A DNA stretch of 9,616 nucleotides. It comes from an uncultured Erysipelotrichaceae bacterium (GTDB taxonomy: Bacteria > Bacillota_I > Bacilli_A > Erysipelotrichales > Erysipelotrichaceae). This document shows positions 1-5,656 of the stretch, in pieces (the first letter of the stretch is position 1; the number at the start of each line of letters is the position of its first letter). The DNA lies in assembly GCA_964457525.1 (NCBI GenBank), contig CAYWGS010000056.1:1-9616 (forward strand), in the 5' to 3' direction. Position numbers and translations under genes: made by a program. Under the pieces are notes generated by a model. The model worked only from the letters and a program-made list of their open reading frames with translations. It was not told the DNA's origin and did no database searches.

Positions 1-1
1 T

Positions 2-52
2 GCGAATGATTCCAATTTAATTGGGGCACTCTATCATCACCTATATGAATAA
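2..52 (+). CDS. 3' end of an upstream gene entering from the left window edge (partial, product unknown)
   Basis: Frame 2 is open from the window edge (ANDSNLIGALYHHLYE*) to TAA at 50-52. A perfect 9-bp stem-loop follows immediately. Only 16 codons are visible, so identity cannot be judged. Confidence 0.3.
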   Translation, partial: ANDSNLIGALYHHLYE

Positions 53-80
53 AGACAAGCAATGATTCGCTTGTCTTTTT
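52..80. terminator. Bidirectional rho-independent terminator between convergent ORFs
   Basis: Perfect 9-bp stem AAGACAAGC (52-60) / GCTTGTCTT (69-77) with an 8-nt loop. An A-run lies on the left and a T-run on the right. It sits between the + strand gene tail and the minus-strand 42-aa ORF. Confidence 0.6.
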
Positions 81-207
81 ACTCGTCTCCATACTCATCG
101 TGATGGTGTGTTTTCTTTTCATTAGGTACATCTTCTTTAGAAAAGATGCTTATCATGATATAGAACAATAATGGTATTAATATGATCCAGAATATAAATT
201 CCCCCAT
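79..207 (-). CDS. Small ORF not in the supplied track: 42-aa single-pass hydrophobic peptide (MGEFIFWIILIPLLFYIMISIFSKEDVPNEKKTHHHDEYGDE)
   Basis: ATG at 207 is preceded by a strong SD (minus strand ACAGGGGGAAGTTCT-ATG). A TM-like hydrophobic stretch of about 20 residues is followed by a charged His/Asp/Glu tail. Stop TAA is at 79-81, directly followed by the 52-77 hairpin. The upstream gene has its own terminator at 335-350, so this is an independent transcription unit. Confidence 0.5.
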   Translation of the reverse strand: MGEFIFWIILIPLLFYIMISIFSKEDVPNEKKTHHHDEYGDE

Positions 208-320
208 AGAACTTCCCCCTGTTTAAACTATAATACACTTTTTATTTGCGAATAGCTTAACAAGTTTTTTATAAAAAACAGTGTTTACAGATGGAGTGTT
301 AATTTGTTCACTATGCGTGT

Positions 321-350
321 AGTTTAATAAAAAAGCCAGAGGGTTCTGGC
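321..350 (-). terminator. Rho-independent terminator of the zinc-ribbon/small-membrane-protein operon
   Basis: Stem GCCAGA (335-340) / TCTGGC (345-350) with loop GGGT. On the minus strand it is followed by TTTTTTATTAAA. The stem abuts the stop codon of the 350..589 ORF. Confidence 0.7.
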
Positions 351-589
351 TAGTTTTCGTCTCTTTCAGTGAATTCGACATCAATCACATTATCTCGATT
401 TTGAGGTTTTGGATTGGTATAGTTTGTGTTTGTTCTAAAGCTGCGTGTTTTAAAGCGAAAGCCAGAGAACCAGTAGGCAATCAGTCCAAAGTAGATGACA
501 TAGCCTAGGATTGGATTGATTCTAAAGATACTATTGAGTACAACATTTAGTACGATGAATCCAAGGATGTATTTGATCAGTGAGAACAT
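350..589 (-). CDS. Hypothetical small membrane protein (79 aa, two predicted TM helices, polar/acidic C-terminal tail)
   Basis: ORF with SD (GAAAGGAAACC-ATG) 11 nt after the stop of the upstream zinc-ribbon gene. It has two hydrophobic segments (LIKYILGFIVLNVVLNSIF and ILGYVIYFGLIAYWFSGF). I recognise no family. Confidence 0.6.
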   Translation of the reverse strand: MFSLIKYILGFIVLNVVLNSIFRINPILGYVIYFGLIAYWFSGFRFKTRSFRTNTNYTNPKPQNRDNVIDVEFTERDEN

Positions 590-600
590 GGTTTCCTTTC

Positions 601-1011
601 TTATGAACGTTTGTCAAATGCGACATGACAATGTGGACAAGTAATTTCAATCTTACCTCTTCCACGTGGTACACGAAGTGTACGATGACAACGTGGGCAT
701 TGTACATGTTTAAATTGTTTTTGGGTTAAGTTGAGTTTGATAATCTTATAGTGTGATTTTATCGGTTGTATTAAACGTTTGAATTTTAAGTTTTCTTGTT
801 GGCGCTTGTAAATCTTCTTGGAGAATCCTCGATAGATAATAATGATACTAAGTGCATACACGATAAGACTAACAACAATACTACGATTGAAGAAGATTCC
901 TCCAATCAATGAAACAAGGATGGATAGAATGAGTAAGGCCATGTTGAGTTGATCTGAGCCATAGCGCCCATTCATGAAGCGGTAAAGTGAATATTTGAGT
1001 TTGTTTAGCAT
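601..1011 (-). CDS. Membrane protein with C-terminal zinc ribbon (two TM helices; CPRC...CPHC)
   Basis: The track ORF 601..1032 begins at a TTG. The first ATG is at 1011 (MLNKLKYSLYRFMNGRYGSDQL...). It has two hydrophobic helices, a basic linker, then CPRCHRTLRVPRGRGKIEITCPHCH, a classic four-Cys ribbon. The N-terminal RFMNGRYGxDQL resembles uncharacterised proteins I recall from other Firmicutes. The function is unknown. Confidence 0.65.
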   Translation of the reverse strand: MLNKLKYSLYRFMNGRYGSDQLNMALLILSILVSLIGGIFFNRSIVVSLIVYALSIIIIYRGFSKKIYKRQQENLKFKRLIQPIKSHYKIIKLNLTQKQFKHVQCPRCHRTLRVPRGRGKIEITCPHCHVAFDKRS

Positions 1012-1123
1012 AATCTTCTTTCTGTTTAACAATGCTCATCATAGAACGATTGTCAATATTATTCAATAGTTGAATGATGAAAAAAATGTCACAACTTAGG
1101 TTAAGGTTTCATCTTTGATTGGA

Positions 1124-1152
1124 TTGTGGAGAATTACTTCAAGTGTTAAAAT
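1124..1152 (+). promoter_or_regulatory. Putative sigma-A promoter of the riboswitch-nrdDG transcript
   Basis: -35 TTGTGG (1124-1129), a 17-nt spacer, then an extended -10 TGtTAAAAT (1144-1152). The predicted TSS lies just upstream of the riboswitch P1 stem. Confidence 0.4.
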
Positions 1153-1164
1153 GGTTATACCAAA

Positions 1165-1320
1165 GAAGTTTAAGGTCACGAAAGTGTGAATAGGGAAGTA
1201 GGTGAAATGCCTACACGGTCCTCGCCGCCGTATAAGGGAGTTCTATTTCATATGCCACTGGTTTAACGGGAAGGCGAAGTAGAATATTGATCTTGAGTCG
1301 GAAGACCTGCCTTAAATGAA
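1165..1320 (+). promoter_or_regulatory. Cobalamin (B12) riboswitch aptamer
   Basis: The conserved cobalamin-riboswitch blocks appear in the correct order: GGGAAG (1193-1198), GGTGAAATGCC (1201-1211), GCCACTG (1254-1260), GGGAAGGC (1268-1275), and the B12-box AGTCGGAAGACCTGCC (1296-1311). The closing P1 helix is TTTAAGG (1169-1175) / CCTTAAA (1310-1316). Confidence 0.85.
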
Positions 1321-1398
1321 TGTGTGTTGGAGGCTTACGAAGGATAAGCATCGGCTTTTTATTATGCACATTTTGTCCTTTGGAAAGAAAGGGACACT

Positions 1399-3645
1399 AT
1401 GATTAGAACAGTGATTAAACGGGATGGAAGAAAAGTAGGGTATGATCGTCAACGGATTGTTTCAGCGATTATAAAAGCTGAAAGACAACTAGAGGGAAGC
1501 GTATCCATTGCGGAGAAGGTAGCCAAAGAGGTGGAGTTGAAGTTAAATCAATATAAGCAAGACGCTGTTTCGATAGAAGAGATTCAAGATCTTGTATTGA
1601 TTTGTTTAAAAGAGAATCATGCCATTGAGTGTGCATCTGTGTATGAGAAGTATCGTAAAGAGCGTACTCAACAGAGAGAAGTGCGTGGTGCTTTGATGAA
1701 GTCACTTGAGAAAATGACGTTCTCAGAATCGAGTGATGAGAAGAAAGAGAATGCCAATATAGATGGGAATACATCCATGGGGATGATGTTGCAATATGGT
1801 TCAACGGTATCAAAGAATTTTACGAAACATTTCCTATTAAAGGAAGAACACAGTGATTTACATGATGCAGGTTGGATCCATATTCATGATTTAGATTTCT
1901 ATGCGATGGGGACATTGACGTGTTGTCAGATCGATTTAACACAGTTATTCGAGAATGGATTCTCTACAGGTCATGGTTCACTAAGGGAGCCTAATGATAT
2001 TAGTTCTTATACAGCACTTGCGGCAATCGCAATTCAATCCAATCAGAATGATCAACACGGTGGACAGAGTATTCCTGCTTTTGATGTGGATATGGCAGAA
2101 GGTGTACGTAAGACATTTAGGAAATTATTGGCGTATGAGATCGATATTTTATTAGAAGATCATCCGGATATTTCTTATGATCATATAAAGGATTTGAGTA
2201 TTGAATCGGTGGATTTAACTAATATCGATCCATCAGATAGGATTGGACGCTTATTAAATCGTGTCTATAAACAAACCATTAAGAAAACATATCAAGCGAT
2301 GGAAGCGCTAATTCATAATTTGAATACCATGCATTCAAGAGCGGGTGCACAAGTTCCATTTTCAAGTTTGAACTTTGGTACAGATACATCGGTTGCGGGA
2401 AGAGTTGTGACGGAACAACTTCTTTTAGCGCATGAATCTGGGTTGGGAAATCATGAGACTCCAATCTTTCCTATTTTAATTTTTAAGGTTAAAGAAGGTA
2501 TTAATTTTAATCCTACCGATCCAAACTATGATTTGTTCAGACTCGCATTGCGTGTTAGTGCCAAACGACTATTCCCTAATTTTAGTTTCTTAGATGTGCC
2601 GTTTAATGCGAAGTATTACAAACAAGGACACGTTGAAACTGAAGTCACCTATATGGGCTGTAGGACACGTGTGATAGGCAATCAATGTGGTGAGAGTCAA
2701 GTATCGGGTAGAGGGAATTTATCGTTTACAAGTATCAATCTTGTGCGTTTAGGGATTGAATATGGTCTTCTTTTTAATCAAGAAGCGGATTGGAAGGGTT
2801 TCTATAAAGCATTAGATGGATTGTTAAATCAAGTTTTGGATCAACTTTTAACTCGTTTAGCGTATCAAGCGAATAAGAAGGTTAAGAATTTTCCGTTCTT
2901 GATGGGTCAGGGTATTTGGCAGGGCTCTAATCAACTATCGTACAATGACTCCGTAGAGTCTGTTCTTAATCAAGGGACTTTGAGTATTGGTTTTATTGGT
3001 TTAGCAGAATGTTTAAAGGCAATGACGGGTTCTCATCATGGAGAGAGTAAAACATCTCAACAGATTGGATTAACATTAATCAATTATATGAATCTCTTTT
3101 GTGAGAAAGAATCTAAACAAAGGAATCTAAATATTACGTTACTTGCGACACCTGCAGAAGGTTTATCGGGTCGTTTTACCCGTTTAGATCGTGAAAAATA
3201 TGGGGTTATTGAAGGGGTCACGGATCGAGAGTATTATACGAATTCATTCCATGTACCTGTGTATTATACCTGTTCGATGGATCATAAATTGATGGTCGAA
3301 GGGCCTTATCATGCCATTACACCAGCGGGTCATATTAGTTATGTTGAGATGGATGGGGATCCAAGTCGTAACATCGATGCGATGGAGGATATTGTACGTT
3401 TGATGCGTAAAGCGAATATTGGTTATGGTTCAATCAATCATCCTTTAGATTATGATCCAGTGTGTGGATATCGTGGTGTGATTAAGGGTTCTGTTTGTCC
3501 TAAATGTCATAGAGATGAGCATGAAGGGCAGTCTTTTCAACGTATTCGTAGAATAACAGGTTATTTGGTGGGGACGTTAGAACGGTTCAATCAGGCTAAA
3601 TTATCGGAGGTTCATGAGCGTGTCCAACATGATTCGATTAGCTAG
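1399..3645 (+). CDS. nrdD: Anaerobic ribonucleoside-triphosphate reductase, class III (NrdD)
   Basis: 748 aa. It has an N-terminal ATP-cone (MIRTVIKRDGRKVGYDRQRIVSAI), a catalytic-region motif YMGCRTRV, a C-terminal Zn site (CGY...CPKCH) and the glycyl-radical motif RRITGYLVG. SD AGAAAGGG lies 5 nt upstream of the ATG. An nrdG partner follows. Confidence 0.95.
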   Translation: MIRTVIKRDGRKVGYDRQRIVSAIIKAERQLEGSVSIAEKVAKEVELKLNQYKQDAVSIEEIQDLVLICLKENHAIECASVYEKYRKERTQQREVRGALMKSLEKMTFSESSDEKKENANIDGNTSMGMMLQYGSTVSKNFTKHFLLKEEHSDLHDAGWIHIHDLDFYAMGTLTCCQIDLTQLFENGFSTGHGSLREPNDISSYTALAAIAIQSNQNDQHGGQSIPAFDVDMAEGVRKTFRKLLAYEIDILLEDHPDISYDHIKDLSIESVDLTNIDPSDRIGRLLNRVYKQTIKKTYQAMEALIHNLNTMHSRAGAQVPFSSLNFGTDTSVAGRVVTEQLLLAHESGLGNHETPIFPILIFKVKEGINFNPTDPNYDLFRLALRVSAKRLFPNFSFLDVPFNAKYYKQGHVETEVTYMGCRTRVIGNQCGESQVSGRGNLSFTSINLVRLGIEYGLLFNQEADWKGFYKALDGLLNQVLDQLLTRLAYQANKKVKNFPFLMGQGIWQGSNQLSYNDSVESVLNQGTLSIGFIGLAECLKAMTGSHHGESKTSQQIGLTLINYMNLFCEKESKQRNLNITLLATPAEGLSGRFTRLDREKYGVIEGVTDREYYTNSFHVPVYYTCSMDHKLMVEGPYHAITPAGHISYVEMDGDPSRNIDAMEDIVRLMRKANIGYGSINHPLDYDPVCGYRGVIKGSVCPKCHRDEHEGQSFQRIRRITGYLVGTLERFNQAKLSEVHERVQHDSIS

Positions 3646-4129
3646 ACTCAGTTCATATAGTTCAGTGGATGGACCTGGATTAAGAACTGTGGTTTGGTTT
3701 CAAGGTTGTCCTCATCATTGTGTGGGGTGTCATAATCCAATGACCCAAAGTTTGGATCAAGGTTATTGTGTTTCTGTGGATGATTTGATGGTTCAGATTG
3801 AATCTCTAAACAATAAGAAAATCACCCTTTCTGGGGGTGATCCATTCTTACAGCCTTTAGCATTACTTGATTTGGTTGAACGATTAAAAGGGTTAGATTA
3901 TGATATTTGGTGTTATACCGGATATACGTTTGAGGATTGTTTAAATCATCCAATACTTACAGCGTGTTTAAGACATATGGATATGTTGGTTGATGGTAAG
4001 TTTGAACAATCTATGATGGATCATTCTCTTATGTTTAGGGGTTCAAAGAATCAAAGGATTATTGATTTGAAGTACTATTTTGATACATTAATGGTTAATA
4101 AACAAGATGAATGGACATATATTGAATAA
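3614..4129 (+). CDS. nrdG: Anaerobic ribonucleotide reductase activating protein (radical SAM, NrdG)
   Basis: It carries SVDGPGLRTVVWFQGCPHHCVGCHNP, which contains the CxxxCxxC radical-SAM cluster motif typical of NrdG. It overlaps the nrdD 3' end. The start is ambiguous: ATG 3614, in-frame GTG 3620 (best spacing to GGAGG at 3606-3610) or ATG 3629. Confidence 0.9.
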   Translation: MSVSNMIRLARLSSYSSVDGPGLRTVVWFQGCPHHCVGCHNPMTQSLDQGYCVSVDDLMVQIESLNNKKITLSGGDPFLQPLALLDLVERLKGLDYDIWCYTGYTFEDCLNHPILTACLRHMDMLVDGKFEQSMMDHSLMFRGSKNQRIIDLKYYFDTLMVNKQDEWTYIE

Positions 4130-4149
4130 AAAGGCATTAAGCCTTTTTT
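4128..4149. terminator. Bidirectional rho-independent terminator (T-left) serving nrdG (+) and the ATPase gene (-)
   Basis: AAAAAGGC (4128-4135), loop ATTAA, GCCTTTTTT (4141-4149). The A-run and T-run flank the stem, so it can act on both strands. It is 19/21 identical to the hairpin at 5657-5677. Confidence 0.75.
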
Positions 4150-4182
4150 ACAAGAATATGTTCTTGTATATTGCGTTCTTGT
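4150..4182. repeat. 33-bp direct repeat, left copy (R-left): imperfect 18-bp palindrome plus a third half-site
   Basis: ACAAGAATATGTTCTTGTATATTGCGTTCTTGT is 30/33 identical, in the same orientation, to 5619-5651. It ends 3 nt beyond the ATPase stop codon. Confidence 0.85.
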
Positions 4183-4185
4183 TTG

Positions 4186-5565
4186 TTATGGGAGGAAGGA
4201 TATTAGTTGTATGTTTTTTTCAGCTTTAGCAAGATTAATCACAGCATCCGTAAATCCAATCTTACTAAAGAAGATATAATAGGATTCTTTAGGATTAAGA
4301 ACCATACTTTTTTGGATTAACCCATTGACGATTTGCATATCGAGTGGTTCTTTTGTCCACTTAACTTCCGCAAAAACGGTTATTGAATTGCTTATACCGA
4401 TTAAATCTATTTCTTCTTCACGTTTTAATTTAGGATTGTTTCCCCACCATCGTCCTCGTTTAGTAATAAGAGTGGGTAGTTTACCTTCTTGGTTCAATTT
4501 GTCAAAATGGTCTAGGAATATTTTTTCAAATCCTTCTCCCATAAAGGAAGAGATATTATTCTCAATGAATTCTTGATATACTTTGTCGCCTAATCCTAGT
4601 TCGATTGCGCTCATATTTGGGAACACAAATTGATACCAAAATCTAAATGAACCATCTGAAATTCGATAAATCGATTTTCGAGTGTTATCTTCATTAATAG
4701 GATTTTCTTTTATGAGGATTCCTAATTCAATTAGGTTGTCTAAGTATCGATTTAGAGCCCCAGTTTGCATGTTAATTTTAGTCGCAATCGTATTGTTTTT
4801 TGATGATCCATTCGCAATTGCGTTTAGAATCATATTATAGACTTTTGGTTCACGTAATTCTTGTTTTAGGAAGTTTAGTGGTTCTTCATAGAGTCTTCCA
4901 GTATCTGTTAAGAAAAGTGAGACGATATTCGATTTTAAACTTTTATTTTTGTTTATATACGTAAGATATTCGGCAATTCCACCAGTCGCATAGTGGAGAA
5001 TGGCAATATCTTCCTTTTGCATTGGGCTTAGATATTTTTCAGTCTCAAAGTATGTAAAAGGTTTTAGTTTGATTTGTGATGTTCGGCGGCCATACAGTGG
5101 ACTTTTTATACCTAAAACTTGAGTTTCCATAAAACTCATAGAAGATCCACAAAGAACTAAATGTAATTTTGTATCTTTCCATTCATGGTCACAGAATTTT
5201 TGAATGATGGATGATATTTCTGGCATCGATTGTGCTAGATAAGGATATTCATCGATAATAAAAATTATTCTTTCATTTCTTGATAATTCGGTTAAGTAAT
5301 GAAACATTTGATTGAAATCACTAAAAGAGGGAAGATAAGAAGATTGTTTGGTATGTTCATAGATTGACTTGGATAATAAATCAAGGTTTGTTGAATAGCC
5401 TGCTTCGATTGCCATGTAGTAGATTGCGTTTTTGTCTTGAATAAATTGTTTAAGTAATTGAGTTTTACCAATACGTCTTTTTCCATACAAAACTGTAAAT
5501 TCAAATTGATTTGATTGATATTGTCTTGTTAGATTTTCGAGTTCTTTTTCTCTTCCTATGAACAT
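4186..5565 (-). CDS. ATP-binding protein of the archaeal-ATPase (PF01637-like) family with a central winged-helix and a C-terminal DUF234 (PD-(D/E)xK-like) domain
   Basis: 459 aa. It has the N-terminal FIGREKELENL signature, Walker A GKRRIGKT (res 28-35) and Walker B IIFIIDE (res 100-106). The wHTH-like segment YNMILNAIANG...GALNRYLDNLIELGILIKE (about res 243-287) is followed by FRFWYQFV. The C-terminus has E347 ... EIDLIG (D387) ... FAEVKW (E400, K402), consistent with a restriction-endonuclease fold. SD AGGAGA lies 7 nt upstream of the ATG. Confidence 0.85.
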   Translation of the reverse strand: MFIGREKELENLTRQYQSNQFEFTVLYGKRRIGKTQLLKQFIQDKNAIYYMAIEAGYSTNLDLLSKSIYEHTKQSSYLPSFSDFNQMFHYLTELSRNERIIFIIDEYPYLAQSMPEISSIIQKFCDHEWKDTKLHLVLCGSSMSFMETQVLGIKSPLYGRRTSQIKLKPFTYFETEKYLSPMQKEDIAILHYATGGIAEYLTYINKNKSLKSNIVSLFLTDTGRLYEEPLNFLKQELREPKVYNMILNAIANGSSKNNTIATKINMQTGALNRYLDNLIELGILIKENPINEDNTRKSIYRISDGSFRFWYQFVFPNMSAIELGLGDKVYQEFIENNISSFMGEGFEKIFLDHFDKLNQEGKLPTLITKRGRWWGNNPKLKREEEIDLIGISNSITVFAEVKWTKEPLDMQIVNGLIQKSMVLNPKESYYIFFSKIGFTDAVINLAKAEKNIQLISFLP

Positions 5566-5587
5566 ATTTATGTCTCCTATTTTCTAT

Positions 5588-5622
5588 ATTTTAAAAATAA
5601 CACATTAATCATTAATATACAA
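5588..5622 (-). promoter_or_regulatory. Putative promoter of the ATPase gene, with -35 overlapping the R-right palindrome
   Basis: The minus strand reads TTGTAT (plus 5617-5622), a 17-nt spacer, then TGtTATTTT (-10 at plus 5594-5599, TG at 5601-5602). An alternative -10, TAAAAT, lies at plus 5588-5593. The spacer contains ATTAATCATTAAT. Confidence 0.4.
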
Positions 5623-5651
5623 GAACATGTTCTTGTATATCGTGTTCTTGT
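5619..5651. repeat. 33-bp direct repeat, right copy (R-right): perfect 18-bp palindrome plus a third half-site
   Basis: The repeat is ACAAGAACATGTTCTTGTATATCGTGTTCTTGT. Positions 5619-5636 form a perfect palindrome. Half-sites are ACAAGAA (5619-5625), TTCTTGT (5630-5636) and TTCTTGT (5645-5651). It is 30/33 identical to 4150-4182. Confidence 0.85.
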
Positions 5652-5656
5652 AAATT

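Noticed and set aside
264-280. AT-only palindrome GTTTTTTATAAAAAAC
   Set aside because: It is a pure A/T stem with negligible stability in an AT-rich intergenic region. It is more likely part of promoter or UP-element context than a structured element.
1012-1032. TTG-initiated N-terminal extension of the zinc-ribbon protein (track start 1032)
   Set aside because: The codon at 1030-1032 is TTG. The first ATG, at 1011, gives an N-terminus (MLNKLKYSLYRFMNGRYG) more like the short N-termini expected for this type of protein. The extension cannot be excluded.
881-1066. 61-aa minus-strand ORF overlapping the 5' part of the zinc-ribbon gene in another frame
   Set aside because: It overlaps a better-supported gene, has no SD, and its composition is typical of an off-frame shadow.
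1469-2464. ORFs 1469..1813 (-) and 2279..2464 (-) antisense to nrdD
   Set aside because: Both lie entirely inside the strongly supported nrdD frame. They are Ser/Leu/His-rich shadow translations with no SD.
4150-4182. R repeats as integron attC sites or Xer/dif-like sites
   Set aside because: The arms do not fit the attC R''/R' cores (RYYYAAC / GTTRRRY). The 7-bp arms with a 4-bp spacer do not fit the 11-6-11 dif architecture. No integron integrase or attI is in the window.
4325-5504. ORFs 4325..4576 (+) and 5292..5504 (-) inside the ATPase gene
   Set aside because: These are antisense or off-frame shadows of a full-length ORF rich in family motifs. Neither has an SD or a recognisable motif.
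5601-5617. ATTAATCATTAAT in the ATPase promoter spacer as a Fur/PerR-type 7-1-7 box
   Set aside because: It shares only the TAATCATTA core with the Fur consensus (TGATAAT-n-ATTATCA) and lacks the flanking TGA/TCA. Such AT-rich palindromes arise easily by chance in DNA of about 30% GC.
5619-5636. Palindrome ACAAGAACATGTTCTTGT as a LexA (Cheo) box or an NrdR box
   Set aside because: The Gram-positive SOS box is GAAC-N4-GTTC, whereas here the spacing is GAAC-N2-GTTC. NrdR boxes are 16-bp palindromes of the type ACACnATATATnGTGT, found in tandem upstream of nrd genes. This palindrome is 18 bp, has different arms, and lies downstream of nrdG. The resemblance is superficial.
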